Notes: generated by a model not told the origin, from the sequence alone. A stretch of DNA of 64,000 nt from Chrysomallon squamiferum (GCA_012295275.1 CM022671.1:34038001-34102000), one strand, 5' to 3'. Shown: positions 1-23,672, counted from the first letter of the stretch. Program-made: numbers and translations.

Positions 1-55
1 GAGTGAGGGTTTTTTATGGGGGAGTTACTGTTTTTCTATTAATATATATTTCTAG

Positions 56-11755
<11,700 letters not shown>

Positions 11756-12407
11756 ATCCCTGCTGCCTGGACTCCACAACCAACGTTCCACATCCAGTAT
11801 GACATCCACTAATTTTGATGTTTTAAAAGCTGAAAAAATCAGAAGAATCTTCATACTTCAGATACGAAAAGAGATGCCAAACCTTTATCTACATTCCTTG
11901 TTTTAATCAGAATCTGATCCTAACATGTCTATTATTATTATTATTATTGTGAGAGGAATATATCTAAGACTAAGCACATGAAGAATTTTGTAAAAGGAAC
12001 ACTTGTTACTTTGTGCACTACTTTGTCATGGAAAACAACTTGGATCTCTGTTAATTTTCAGGAATATTTACATCAAAAGTGACTTTATTTAAATTCAGTT
12101 TACATATTTTTTCTGAATCCGATTTTTACTAGAAGTTGTTTGATGCAACGATTTTATTTCTGAATAATCATAAACATTTCTACTGCGGAAACAGTAATCA
12201 TCAACTCAGTCTGGTGTGGTGTTTTTGAAATACATTTTTACTCAGAATGTTTGGTTTTTGTGCCATTGTGGAACATTGTTTATCAAAAATAACTTTCAGC
12301 AAAATAAAAAATCCTGTATTCAGCTTTAAGACTAGAAATGAACTGGATAGTTCAGTACTGGAAACAAAAGAACTTGGTTGTGGATGGCAGCAGGGGAGAT
12401 AACCAAC

Positions 12408-12512
12408 GGGTGTGTTAGATTGAGAGGTACTAGTGTGGTACTTCTATGACGACTGTGTCTGTAAACCATTCATGTGGAAGGACATGGTTTGATGTCTCAG
12501 TCTTAGACACCC
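12408..12512 (+). promoter_or_regulatory. SECIS element (type II) in the thioredoxin reductase 3'UTR
   Basis: Core ATGAC (12446-12450) / TGAT (12490-12493); helix II GACTGTGTCT (12451-12460) pairs with GGACATGGTT (12480-12489); unpaired AAA at 12463-12465 followed by mini-helix CCA/TGG; helix I 12408-12425 pairs with 12495-12512. Confidence 0.9.
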
Positions 12513-13087
12513 AACAAAAACTAGGTTCAGGGAAAAAACAGAACAAATAATGGAGGAATTATTTGACTTTTAAAAATTTGTTTAAATTTCTTTTTTTCAC
12601 TTTATTTTGTTGATTAATTAAAAACCATTATTTTTTTTTTTATTATTATTATTTTTTTTTTGTTGCACATTATTATTAATTTTTTTTTATTATTATTATT
12701 CAAGTTATGAGGGTGAGAAGGATTATTTATAATTCATTAGTGTTATTTTTAGTTTTATTTAAAAAAAAAACAACTTTTTAAAGCAATTGTTTAAATAACT
12801 ACACACATTTTGTTTGTTCTGCTTTTTTATGAATTCTTATTTGTGATGAAATATTTTATATGCATTTGTACAATATTCTTCTTTCATTTTCAAAAGGTAA
12901 TTGTTAAATATATATGACCAGATGTACTTGCCAGAGCAAAATAAAATCAGGATATTAAAGTGTTTACGTTGTATATTGGACAGACATGTGTATTCTTAAG
13001 TAAATCTTTTATGGTTCCATTATTTTGCAAAATATGTAAAATGTGTTGTACGATTGTTTTGTTTTTTTATAAATTAAAAAAAAAAAA

Positions 13088-13123
<36 letters not shown>

Positions 13124-14226
13124 CACACACACACACATACTTTCATTTTATTCAGTTTAGTTAAAATTTAATATTGGTATCAATTGTAAAAATAGAAAAG
13201 TTTATGTAAATAATAAAAATAATAAAAATAAAACAAATGTAAATCTCCTTGTTGATTATTATGAAAATAAGTACAGAAGTTAATATTATTAAGAGTAAAG
13301 AAAATCATAGACAAAATATGCTTATTTTTATCAAATTTTGCTCATAGTGGCTTAGCGTTTTTCACATGTATCATGAAATACATTCATTTAATAACAGCAC
13401 TGTTATTTTCATTGTATTTTGAAAAAAACAAATAAAAAATTAAACATTTAAAAAAATAATTTATGTGTGGTTACTTTGGTGTGCAAATGTTAATTAAAAT
13501 GCAGTTTATTTTTTTAATTATAGAGTTGCGATTGATTGCACTTTATTTTTAAAACTGCTGTAATAACGTACATGGTTGGTGTTTATATATTAACTGTTAA
13601 AGTGTTTGTAATTTCACTCATATGAAAAACTATTGAAATTTAATAAAGTGATTGCACATATTTTTAATTGTTCATTTTTATTTCTTAAATTTATGGCATT
13701 TCCTCTTCAAGTACTTTATCTGTATTCCAAAGAATGTCTGTGCTTTCCTGTCTATGAGTATGTACATCAATTTATTTACAGGAGTAACCACTATTATTGA
13801 AGCAATATTCTTCTCATGTTATCATTAAAAAACCATTGATAATTATTAATATATACATTGAGGTATGCTTTTTATTAACAATATTTTTGATTTTGATAAA
13901 ATTTCATAAAGAAAAACAGATTCGCAATTTAATAAGTGTAATTTTTATTGTGTCATAACATGTCAGTATCTTTTGTGCATTCATTCACAATATTCCACTC
14001 TTACAAAGAAAATAATCAATACTGTTTTGATGAAAGTTCTGGTTATTTGAAGAACCTGGCTTTTGTAAAACAATGAAGATCTTTATTTTAAAACACTTAT
14101 TTGTATACTTCTACTTAGTGTTGTGTATTCAAACAATACAATAATAGTTTTATCTAAATCAACTAATAAACATAGTCCTCCAGTTTTAAATTGGGGGTGT
14201 TATATGTATGTGTGTGTGTCTGTCTG

Positions 14227-14230
<4 letters not shown>

Positions 14231-14285
<55 letters not shown>
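14231..14285. repeat. (TA)n microsatellite
   Basis: Read directly. Confidence 0.95.
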
Positions 14286-14287
<2 letters not shown>

Positions 14288-15228
14288 ACAAATTAACTCT
14301 TTATTATTTATATTTTATTTTATTTTATTTTTATTTTTTTGATATCTTGACTGGTTATTGAATCTGAATTTGTGCATCAGAAAAAAAATCACTGCAAAAT
14401 AATATTTATTCTGTGCGTAAAAACAGTCGTATTAATATTTTTCAGCACTTTCAGAACAACAAAAATAAGCAATTCATTTTCTGTGGTGTTTGGTTTTTTA
14501 TGTTGTTAATAATAATAACCATCATCAAATCAAATAAGTAAATACATTTAAATTAATAATTAGTAAAATTAAAAAAAAAAAGATCAAAACTTCTTTTTTT
14601 TAGAAAACATGCAAGGAAAAATGAATTGCATATTATTCTAAAATTAATTTTATAACTTCTTATTTAGCTTCTTATGTTTAAAAACAATATTAAAATAGAA
14701 TTTTAAAATGTATAATTAAAGTTGGTTATACAAAAATAATTTATTTCCAGTGACCTTATTAAATCTTTCAGTTTGCTTTTCAATGGGATATATTTATGGT
14801 GGTTCTGTTTTAGTAATTTTTATAATTTTTAAAATATATCTTTAGATGTTTAAATGAATATTGAAACTAATTTTTTTATTCAAACTAAATGTTTCTTTTA
14901 TTTATTTAATCAAGTCCAAAACTTGTGCATTACAAAATAACTTCATATGCATAAAAACTCAATTGTTTTTTAAATTATTTTTAAAATACCTTAGTTTATG
15001 CATGATTATTAAAAATCTTGTCCATTTTATACATATATGTGAAAATAAAAATAATTCATAAATAGAAATTTCTTAACCAAGTTGTTTATAGATAGTTTAT
15101 AACTTACTCCACTTAAGAATAAAACAGCTAAAACAGCAAAAAAAACACAATAAAAATAATAAAGAAATAAAATAGACTCAAAAAATCACTTTCACTTTTC
15201 CAAAAACTATTTATCACAGATTAAAAAA

Positions 15229-18200
15229 CTACTTCTTTAAATCCACAGACACCATCTCCACTCGCTTTGACTGATAAATTGGTTGCCAGAAAAGTAACTT
15301 TTTAATTTTCTTGCTTTTTTCATCGGCTTCGGGAAACACTTCTCGGAATTTTTCAACATGCACACGTGAAAGCAAATCAGCAGCTATATTCTCCGTCCGA
15401 TTAACATGTAAAGCTTGCAGTCGAATGTTGTATCGTAGACACATCTGCACCATAATCCGATACAATTTACCGTTGGGCTTTGTGGTGATGCTACTTATCA
15501 AATACGGGTTCATGTTCACCATTTCGACAGCTGTTTTGTTGTCTGACCAACACAAAACTTTTTTGTTAACAAATTTATGTTTCCATGTATAACAGGCAGC
15601 AACCAGTGCATAATATTCGTAAAAAGAAGAGTTTAATTTGGGTTCGGGTAGCATCACTGTTTCGTGATTGAAGTGATCCGGCCAGAAGTCTGACAACCAC
15701 CGGACTTTCTCTTCACCTTTTGTTAGTAAATACGCACCAAATCCTATCCTCGATGAGTCGACAAAGAGTTCGTACTCAGGGTCAAACTCCTCCTTCGACA
15801 AAGGCACACGTGACTGTCTGGCTAACCTCTCGGCCAGTCTTGGAAGCTTTCTTACGTTGAGCTTGTTGCTTCCAGTGAGCAGTCGAAAAAACTGAAAGGA
15901 AATATTATTTATGTACAGTTCAGCAGCATTAATTGTAAGATTATCATGACATTTTACTTCACAGAATAAAAAACAGTTTTGTTTGGGGGTTTTTTAACAC
16001 ATAAAAATAAAATAAAATCATTTCTAATTTTCTATCACAACTTTTTTTATTTTCATTGAAGATTCTTAATAATTAAGCATTTAGTAATGGCATTAATTTG
16101 GTTAAACAAAATTTTCATGCATGATATATAATTAATAATAATTAATCAAATTACACTAGGAGTATCACTGAATTTTCTTTTTTTTAAATATTGTACCTAT
16201 TAACACCAACTACAAAAACATTGAAAATTTCAAACCTTCAACTTAATCCATGTCTGCAAACATACACAGTACTGAGCTGCCTTCATTGTAGGGGCAGTGC
16301 TCGAAACAACAACAGGGTAGGGCCAGGGGACTTGCAGCTCTGCGTGCCACACAAGATTTCCTTTCTCCGGTATGCGAGTTGTGGTTATTTTGTAGCTGTC
16401 TAGCATGTGAGCGTTGAAGATTCCACTCTGCTGATAGAGAACATCTAACATCTTGAGAATGTACTGCTCTGTCACTGGAATCATTGGTTCATTCGTCTTC
16501 TCCTCATACAGCAAGCCAACAGACTGAATACAATATAAAGAAAATACATATATATACTGTTCAGTAACAAAACATAAAACAAACAGCTGGTAGCAAACAC
16601 AGATATATATATAAATTACACATATGATATATATAGAGTGAGAGAGAGATTACATTATTTTTTGTATTCAACACTGATTCAAATATACTTAATCAGTGTT
16701 GAATGCAAAAACAATATACTCTCTCTCTCTCTCTCATTCACTCGAACACAAACACACTGGTATAACAAATGCAAGTAGTACTTACTGAATACAGCTGACA
16801 AGCTTGTAGATATGCATTTTCTTCAGCCACTGTGATACTTCTGTGGACACCAGTAAAGGTCATCTCAAATGGCCACTTCACCTGCAGCCTGGCTTTCCAG
16901 TACTGACCATTCAGCTTAGCCAGGTACTTGACAAAAGGTTCTGGAATTGCTCCTTGGCTCACAAGAGGATGCAGCAGTTTATGTATAATTTGTCTTGGAC
17001 ACTCAAATTTGCTTTTTAATATACTAACTGAAAATGTAAATACAGAGTTCATTTTTAACTGAATATATACATATCGTAGCAGCAGATTTCCTCTGTGTAT
17101 GTGTATAATTCACACTCGTACACACACACACACAGAAAAACTGCTGTTATGATTTCATGGACTTTTGAATACCAGCATTTGAAGTTGGAGAGGTTAAAGG
17201 AGGGTCAATACCAATATCAAACCACTTATCTGTCAACTTTGCAAATGGATGTGGTAGGATTTCTGGATTTGACAGAGTTTTGTATACAGGCTAAATTTTC
17301 ATTTAAAACATAAAAAAATAATAATAATAAAATATAAAAATACAATGAAACTGTATTTAACAGATACAGTTTATTAAGACACTCTTAAATCAGGGTCTGA
17401 TGAATCTTTATTAATCATTTAAAAAAATTAATTAAAAACCTATAATAAACAGCATAAAAATAAAACAAAAGATGCAGGTTCAAATTAATACAATTCTTAA
17501 TATACTTAAAATTCTTACAATACCACATAAAGCATGAAAATTAAAAGAAGAAAAATAAAGAACATGATTTTATTTAACAGATACTCAATACATCTGCAGA
17601 GTTGTATAATAATAACTTCTGTGAGAGCAGCAGTCTCGCCTAAACTGGCGTAAGTCACTTAAACCAAAACAATTCGGCCGAGCGGTGAACAACTGCACAC
17701 AAAATTTAAGTTAAATAAATAATGGCTGGTTTTCTAGATTTTCGAATTTATGGAAGCTGGATAAATGGTTCAGTACCAGCATTCGATTAACTTCATTAAG
17801 GGTTCTATAATTAAATGATTTAAATACATTTATTTACAATATAGAGTAAGTGGTAAAGTCTTTCCAAGATATTTTTTATATATACCTTCCCACCGTCAGG
17901 GTACCACATACCCTTTCTAAGCCAGTTGTTTGGTACCGGCTTGAATGGAAAAACAGAGCAACTTCTGAACTAGGTCATTAATTTGATTATCATTAAGGTC
18001 GACTTTTAACCTTAAACACGAGTGCAATCTATTAAGTACTACTATTTATTTTTTAAAACAAAAAAGAACGTACCTTCATTTGGCTCAGGAACTTCCTGAA
18101 TACGAAATGTTCTTCGAGAAAGTGAAATTCTTCTGACACCAATAGACCCGTAACTTTTTAAAGCATAATTTGGAAATTGGAAACAAGAACAAAACGACGA

Positions 18201-18269
18201 TTTGTTCAAGAATAGACTAGTGGCATGGCGTAAACATAAACCACATCTAAGAAATAATGTTTGTGGCAT
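15229..18269 (-). CDS. Uncharacterised 462-aa protein: presequence-like N-terminus + two DHX30-type dsRBDs + DIRS/Ngaro-type RNase H domain (4 exons)
   Basis: Exons 18269-18074 (phase 1, donor GTACGT), 17027-16786 (phase 0, GTAAGT), 16523-16236 (phase 0, GTTTGA), 15891-15229; all acceptors are pyrimidine-rich CAG; 1389 nt open frame. Motifs: WKARLQVKWP..AEENAYLQACQLYSSVGLL; WHAELQVPWP..WIKLKFFRLL; LFVDSSRIGFGAY..YEYYAL..SDNKTAV..NIAADLLSR. Confidence 0.88.
15364..15771 (-). other. RNase H-like domain of tyrosine-recombinase (DIRS1/Ngaro) retrotransposon type, within the last exon of the fusion gene
   Basis: Fits the DIRS RNase HI pattern LFTDAS-GWGA..W..ELLA..W..DNxTAVxxxN..LxAxHIPGxxNxxADxLSR; acidic tetrad D287, E334, D359, D414 in my gene model. 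Confidence 0.82.
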
Positions 18270-18945
18270 TATTCTTGCTATATGCTATTATAATCAAACG
18301 CACAAGCCATAGTTTTTTCATAGAAAAACATCTGTTCGCAGCATCAATCTTGTCGTCTTATGGAGGCTGCCATTATTGTTTGGTCATGTGACCTGATTGT
18401 TGATGGAAGGATTACAAAATAATAGTAGTATTTTCAAAGTTATTGTCGTTATTATTTTTATTCTCACACTTTCTTATTTTTATATTTTGTAAAATAGTAT
18501 AAATGTAATTATGTTACTTGCTTAATTATTTGGTGTTTATTATTTTTAAATATTCATCACTTCTGAATCTTTTCATATCTTAGTTTTTGTAGTATAACAA
18601 TAATTTAAAAGAGAACAAGTCACAAAAATTTTTAATTAAAAAGCCCACATAATTCTAAGTATATTACTGATACTGAAAAATAAACTTATACCTATAAATA
18701 ATATTTCTTATTTTAACGTTTCGTGTTAGTTAATTTTTTTAATGGAATTATTCTGGCGAATATATACGAAGATTCCCGATTCGCTAGCACCGGATATAAG
18801 GGGAATTCCATAGAATGACGAATATTCGGAATAGGGAATTTCCAAAGCAGACATTTCGCCGGAATGTAGTTACACTCATCAATCGATATATCATCTAAAT
18901 TATTTATTTTTAAAACCTTTAATGACTTTGATATGCATGTGGTAA
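18270..18945. promoter_or_regulatory. Probable bidirectional promoter region between the dsRBD-RNase H gene and TMEM168
   Basis: Head-to-head genes; CpG-containing patches; GCTGCCATT (18366), GGTCATGTGACC (18382-18393), kB-like GAAGATTCCC (18768), GGGGAATTCC (18800), GGGAATTTCC (18834); possible + strand donor GTG|GTAAGG near 18941. Confidence 0.55.
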
Positions 18946-19214
18946 GGATATATTTTATAAATTAAATTTAATAAATTTAATAAACTGAATGAAAGTTTAT
19001 AAGCGTGAAATTAAGCATTAGAATTTAGAGGTGTCGATTAGTTTCATTCTGTTTCATGTTTGGTTTTACAATTGAACATTTTATTTTGATTATGATTGGT
19101 AGCAAACCTTGTCGTCATAGCCAGCGAGATTAAATATTCTGCGCTGTTACTCATTCTAAATGGCTGTAGTTTAATACATTTTATATTTTTCGAATAGACC
19201 AATTTTGTGTGTTC

Positions 19215-19217
<3 letters not shown>

Positions 19218-19295
<78 letters not shown>

Positions 19296-19303
19296 TCACA
19301 CAC
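19218..19303. repeat. (CT)n(CA)n compound microsatellite
   Basis: Read directly. Confidence 0.95.
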
Positions 19304-20046
19304 ATAAACAAATTAACATTAATATATATATATATGTATGTAAAGAAAACGAATTTATGTGTATATACAAGAAAAAAGAATTTATGTATATATATATATG
19401 TAATCTTATACTTTTATATTCTATTTCAGATGTGTGTAAAAGACTTTAACTTTATTAAAGTGGTTTAATATGAAAGGAAACAGAATATTAAAATTTACAA
19501 ATATGTATTTCAACACTTAATATTATCTTCATATTATTTCATATCACTTTGGAATCTAAAAATTCAGATGTGTTCACATTTGAACAATGTTCATTGTTCT
19601 ATCTAAGTATCTTTTAGACTTGAATCATGTGATATTTTTCTGTTCAGATTTATGTGCTTGCACCATTTGATAACATTCTATTTTAACAATTAAATAAATA
19701 ATAATAATAAATTAAGAGGCACAAACTTTCTGGATAAAATAATGTCTGGTTATAAGAATATGTATTGAAATTCAGAAATAGTTACATTAAATCCAAATAA
19801 TAAATACTTTTATTAATCATATATAAAAAAATGTAAAGTTATTTTTATTAAGTAAAGGGTAGAAACGATTTAAGTAAGAAAAAACACCAAACTGCACTTA
19901 TATTTATGTAAAAGGAAATAAAATATAGCATTTTAATTTCTGAATTTTAGTAAAAACACCTGTTTGGTTTTATAAAAAGTGTTTTAAGAAGTATATATAT
20001 GTTTAAATAAATTCTAAAAAAAAAAAAAAAAGGTCTTCTTTCTAAA

Positions 20047-23000
20047 ATGGCTAACTTGAAAGACATGGCATCTTTGAAGATGGTACACTACATCAGCTAT
20101 GTGCCTGACGTCATCCTCATGGTTGCTATAGGGCTAGGAATGTACACGCAGTGGATGTTGCCAGGAGAGAGGCAGTACGCTATTTCAGTTATTGCTCTTC
20201 TGGGAATCTTGGTCATAGCTCTGTCCTGCGCCCTCAGATTTGTCTTCAGTCTGCATCTCGTTGGTACAGCTGTGTACCACTTGTGGACAGGATGTTTAAC
20301 GGGCATCATAGCTTTTCTCAACAGCAGCGACATCGAGTTTGTCACAACTCAAGAGGTTATGCAAGCTCTCTTCATGGCCAGTTTGGTCCTTGGATGCTTC
20401 TGGAACATTCTGGAAAGATTCTTTCATCTTCAGAAGCAAGACGGTCACATTTTCACCCAGTCTGTTTTTCTTGAATCATCGGGTCTCATCATTGCCGGCT
20501 TTGTCACCGAACACCCGACAGCAATAGGATTGTTGACGTTGGCGTTTCTCATCAACAATGTCGCAATGCGCATGAAATCCTTCTTGGGAATTTGTAGCTT
20601 TTTAGTATTCATTGTCATAGCTTCGAATGTATTTTTTCCCGATATAAACTTGGCTCCAAATAAATATGCACTCGTGTGTTTTATTGGACGACACACTTTC
20701 CAGCCTGTGATAGATTTTCATTTCTCGGGCCTCACTGTCATAGAACGATGGAAACCGTTTTTCACACAGTCGAGGTTGGTCAGATACCTGACAGTCATGT
20801 GCGTGTTCGGTTTAAATATAGCTCTCTGTGTTTTGATTGGTGTTCAGAGTGCCTCCCATAAAGAGTGGTTCGTTGTCGTGCCGCTGTTTGTTGCCCTCGC
20901 GGTAGTCTGGATGGTCTTTCACATGACATTTTTCATCTCGTGCTGGAAGCTCATGGGTAAAATCACAGAGTGTAACTTGATGCATCAGAGTCTTGCGGAT
21001 GAATGCAGAAGTTACAACAGAATAATGGCCGCCAAAGGCATTCGTCATTCCAGTTTAATATCTCAGCGTGTGATTTGTATATCGTTGACGATGACGGTGG
21101 TGATGTTGGGGATTGGCTGGGAGACGAGGTCACCGTACAGTCTGAGTCTGATTCTGATGGTGTTGCCGATTGAGTCGATGACGCTGAGTTTGTTCTGGAA
21201 GTTGTGTAACTTTCTGGGTGGAACATGTACCGGGTACGCTGTCATTGCTCCTGTTACTACCATCGGGTAAGATTTGTTTTATTTAGTTTGTAACAAATTT
21301 TGTTTATCTATTTATTTTTATTTTTATTTTTATTTTTTTTTTATTATTATTATTATTTTTTTTTTTTTTTTTTTTTTTTTTTGTTATTCTTTAGTTTTTA
21401 AATTCAGTACAAAATTTATTATTTTATTTTCATTTTTTCAAATCAATATTCTTAATTTTATTGATAGGAATAAATAGTTGTTCTATCTTTTATTATTTTT
21501 TTTTTTTTATTATTATTTTTTGTTCTTAGATGTATTTATTTTTTTTTTTTTATTATTATTAATGTTGTTAAGTTCTAGAATTGATTATAGGATTACAGTA
21601 AATTATTTTAATGATACATATTTATTTAAAAATTGTTTATTTATTATTAAAAATTTATATGCTTTTTATATTTTAAAATTTTTAATTTTTTTTAACAATT
21701 ACATGAACTTATTTATTTAAATGTTATATACTTATTTAATTAAGAATTATGTATTTATTTATTCAAAAATCATATATTTAATTATTTAAAAACTATACAC
21801 TTGTTTATAAATTATATATTTATTAATTTTAAAATTATATATATTTATTTTTTACTTTAAAAATGATATATATATTTATTCATAAATTATATACTTAGTC
21901 ATTTAAAGATTATATATATATATAATCTTTATATATATTTATATATTTATTTATTTATTTAAAAAATATATATGTGCTTATACAAAAATTATACACTTAT
22001 TTATATAAAAATCCTATATCTATTACTTTACTTCAAAATTCATATTTTATTAATTTTAAAAATAATAACAAGTAAACCTAGAAACATTCTCTCATCTTCC
22101 TGCACACTTCAGACCAAACGGTGGCGCCAAGCTTCTCACAGCTAACACATTCCAAGACATAACGGCACGGGCAACCAAGGTGCTCACCCAGATGAACAAC
22201 TTCTTCAACTTCCACATGATTGACAACTACGGCTGTGACTACTCCACCAGTGGACTGGGCACAGATTACGTTGAAAACAAAATTAAGGCTTTTTTTGATC
22301 GCAGGACAAACGACGGGCCAAGATTCGACAGCTACATTCTGTATTACGCAGGTGATGTGTACGAGACTGGGGACTGGGCTCTGACAGGTTTGTTAGTCAA
22401 TAATTATTATACTGTAATGTGCAGTTAGTTTGTTTGTTACTGATATTGACAGTGATTGATTGTTATTGTGAATAGTGGTAATCATAATGTTGTTGTTGTT
22501 TTTCATCACTGTTGTCATTATTTTTAGTGATATTGTTTATTATTATTTGTTATTTTCCACATCCTCACATCATCATCATCATCAACATTATTATTAAAAT
22601 AGATGAGTTCTTTTATTATTACTATTGTTTTTTTTGTGCATTTTTATTTATTATTATTTTTTTTTTCACTTCAATCATATATACACTTTTAGAATATAAA
22701 TGAAAGTTTAATTATTTTAATATTATATATTTTTTAAATGTTTTATTATTCATTATGTTATCTTAAATTTTTCTTTCATTTCTTAATTATTTGTTACTTG
22801 TTTATTTATTTATTTACTATTTTAATTATTTATTTAGTTATTTATTTATAATTCTTATTTCTTTTTTTTTCTTTTTTCAGACAATAAATCTTTAAATTTA
22901 AAAACTCTGCTAGACTGGTGGTCTGTGAAAAACGGAGGAACTGGTGCCAGACTTATTTTAGTTCTCGACTCGTCATTCTCCAGCAAGTGGACAAGAACCG

Positions 23001-23428
23001 TTCGCAGACTGGAAAACGACTTTGTCGCAATCCAGACGTGTCGTTACGGGAAACCAATCGATCCCGAAACTGGCACAAGTAATTTGATTGGATCATTCAC
23101 CAGCGACTGGGTGAACTACAATCTCGGTGAAGACATTGACCCCCCGTGGACAAGCAAAGACCGGTCAACCGTGGCGCTGTATGCTGTTTCAAAATGCTGG
23201 ACCGATTTTCGGTTTCACTTACCAACGAACGAGGACATCGCGGCATACTGGGACTCGAGTTTTCCTCGGATGATGAAACCGCTGATTAAAGTTGTCAACT
23301 TGCCCAGCATCGGCATGTTGTTCTGTTGTTGCGACAGTGCCATGAGGTGTTTACGTCGTAAACAAATGGCCTGGATTCCTCCTAAAGAAATCGACACAGG
23401 TCACGGTTTTAAGTTAGTAAGATCATAA
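20047..23428 (+). CDS. TMEM168: Transmembrane protein 168 (3 coding exons, about 680 aa)
   Basis: Exons 20047-21266, 22113-22387, 22881-23428 with matching phases. Multi-TM N-half with LGGTCTGYAVIAP, then HMIDNYGCDYSTSGL, DGPRFDSYILYYAG, ARLILVLDS and C-terminal DTGHGFKLVRS, all typical of TMEM168. Start codon not certain. Confidence 0.93.
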
Positions 23429-23490
23429 ATGTCTGAGTATTCTTTTTAAACTGTACCTGAGCTGACATGATAAAAAGAAAAAACCCAAGT

Positions 23491-23631
23491 GAATATATTT
23501 TATTAAATAGCTCACGTCCACGATTTTAAGAGATTATATCATTTATTTGTTCATAAGTGATAACATAATTAAAAGACTTTATACATTTTGTACATGTTTG
23601 TAATCGGAGACCAACCTTTGCTGATTATAAA
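23491..23631 (+). repeat. Short duplicated segment, copy 1 (TMEM168 3'UTR)
   Basis: Shares GAATATATTTTATwAAATAGCTCACGTCCAyGATTwTAAGAGATTAyATC and GGAGACCAACCTTTGCTGATTATAAA with 35157-35276. Confidence 0.85.
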
Positions 23632-23672
23632 GTATCTCTGTAGTCGCTTAAGCACACACTGAAGTTTCTTTA

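Noticed and set aside
15229-15891. Autonomous DIRS/Ngaro retrotransposon
   Set aside because: No RT, gag, tyrosine recombinase or terminal/split repeats visible; the ORF begins at a splice acceptor in frame with host-type exons.
16236-18269. Calling the gene DHX30
   Set aside because: Only the dsRBD-like repeats match; there is no DEAH helicase core and no room for one before the TXNRD 3'UTR.
19430-19468. Alternative TMEM168 start (CAG|ATGTGTGTA.., MCVK)
   Set aside because: Stops after 12 codons and has no convincing in-frame splice path to 20047.
20097-21263. Antisense and alternate-frame ORFs over TMEM168 (also 32952-33335, 36385-36946, 15311-15592)
   Set aside because: Shadows of real coding exons with no independent motifs or splice structure.
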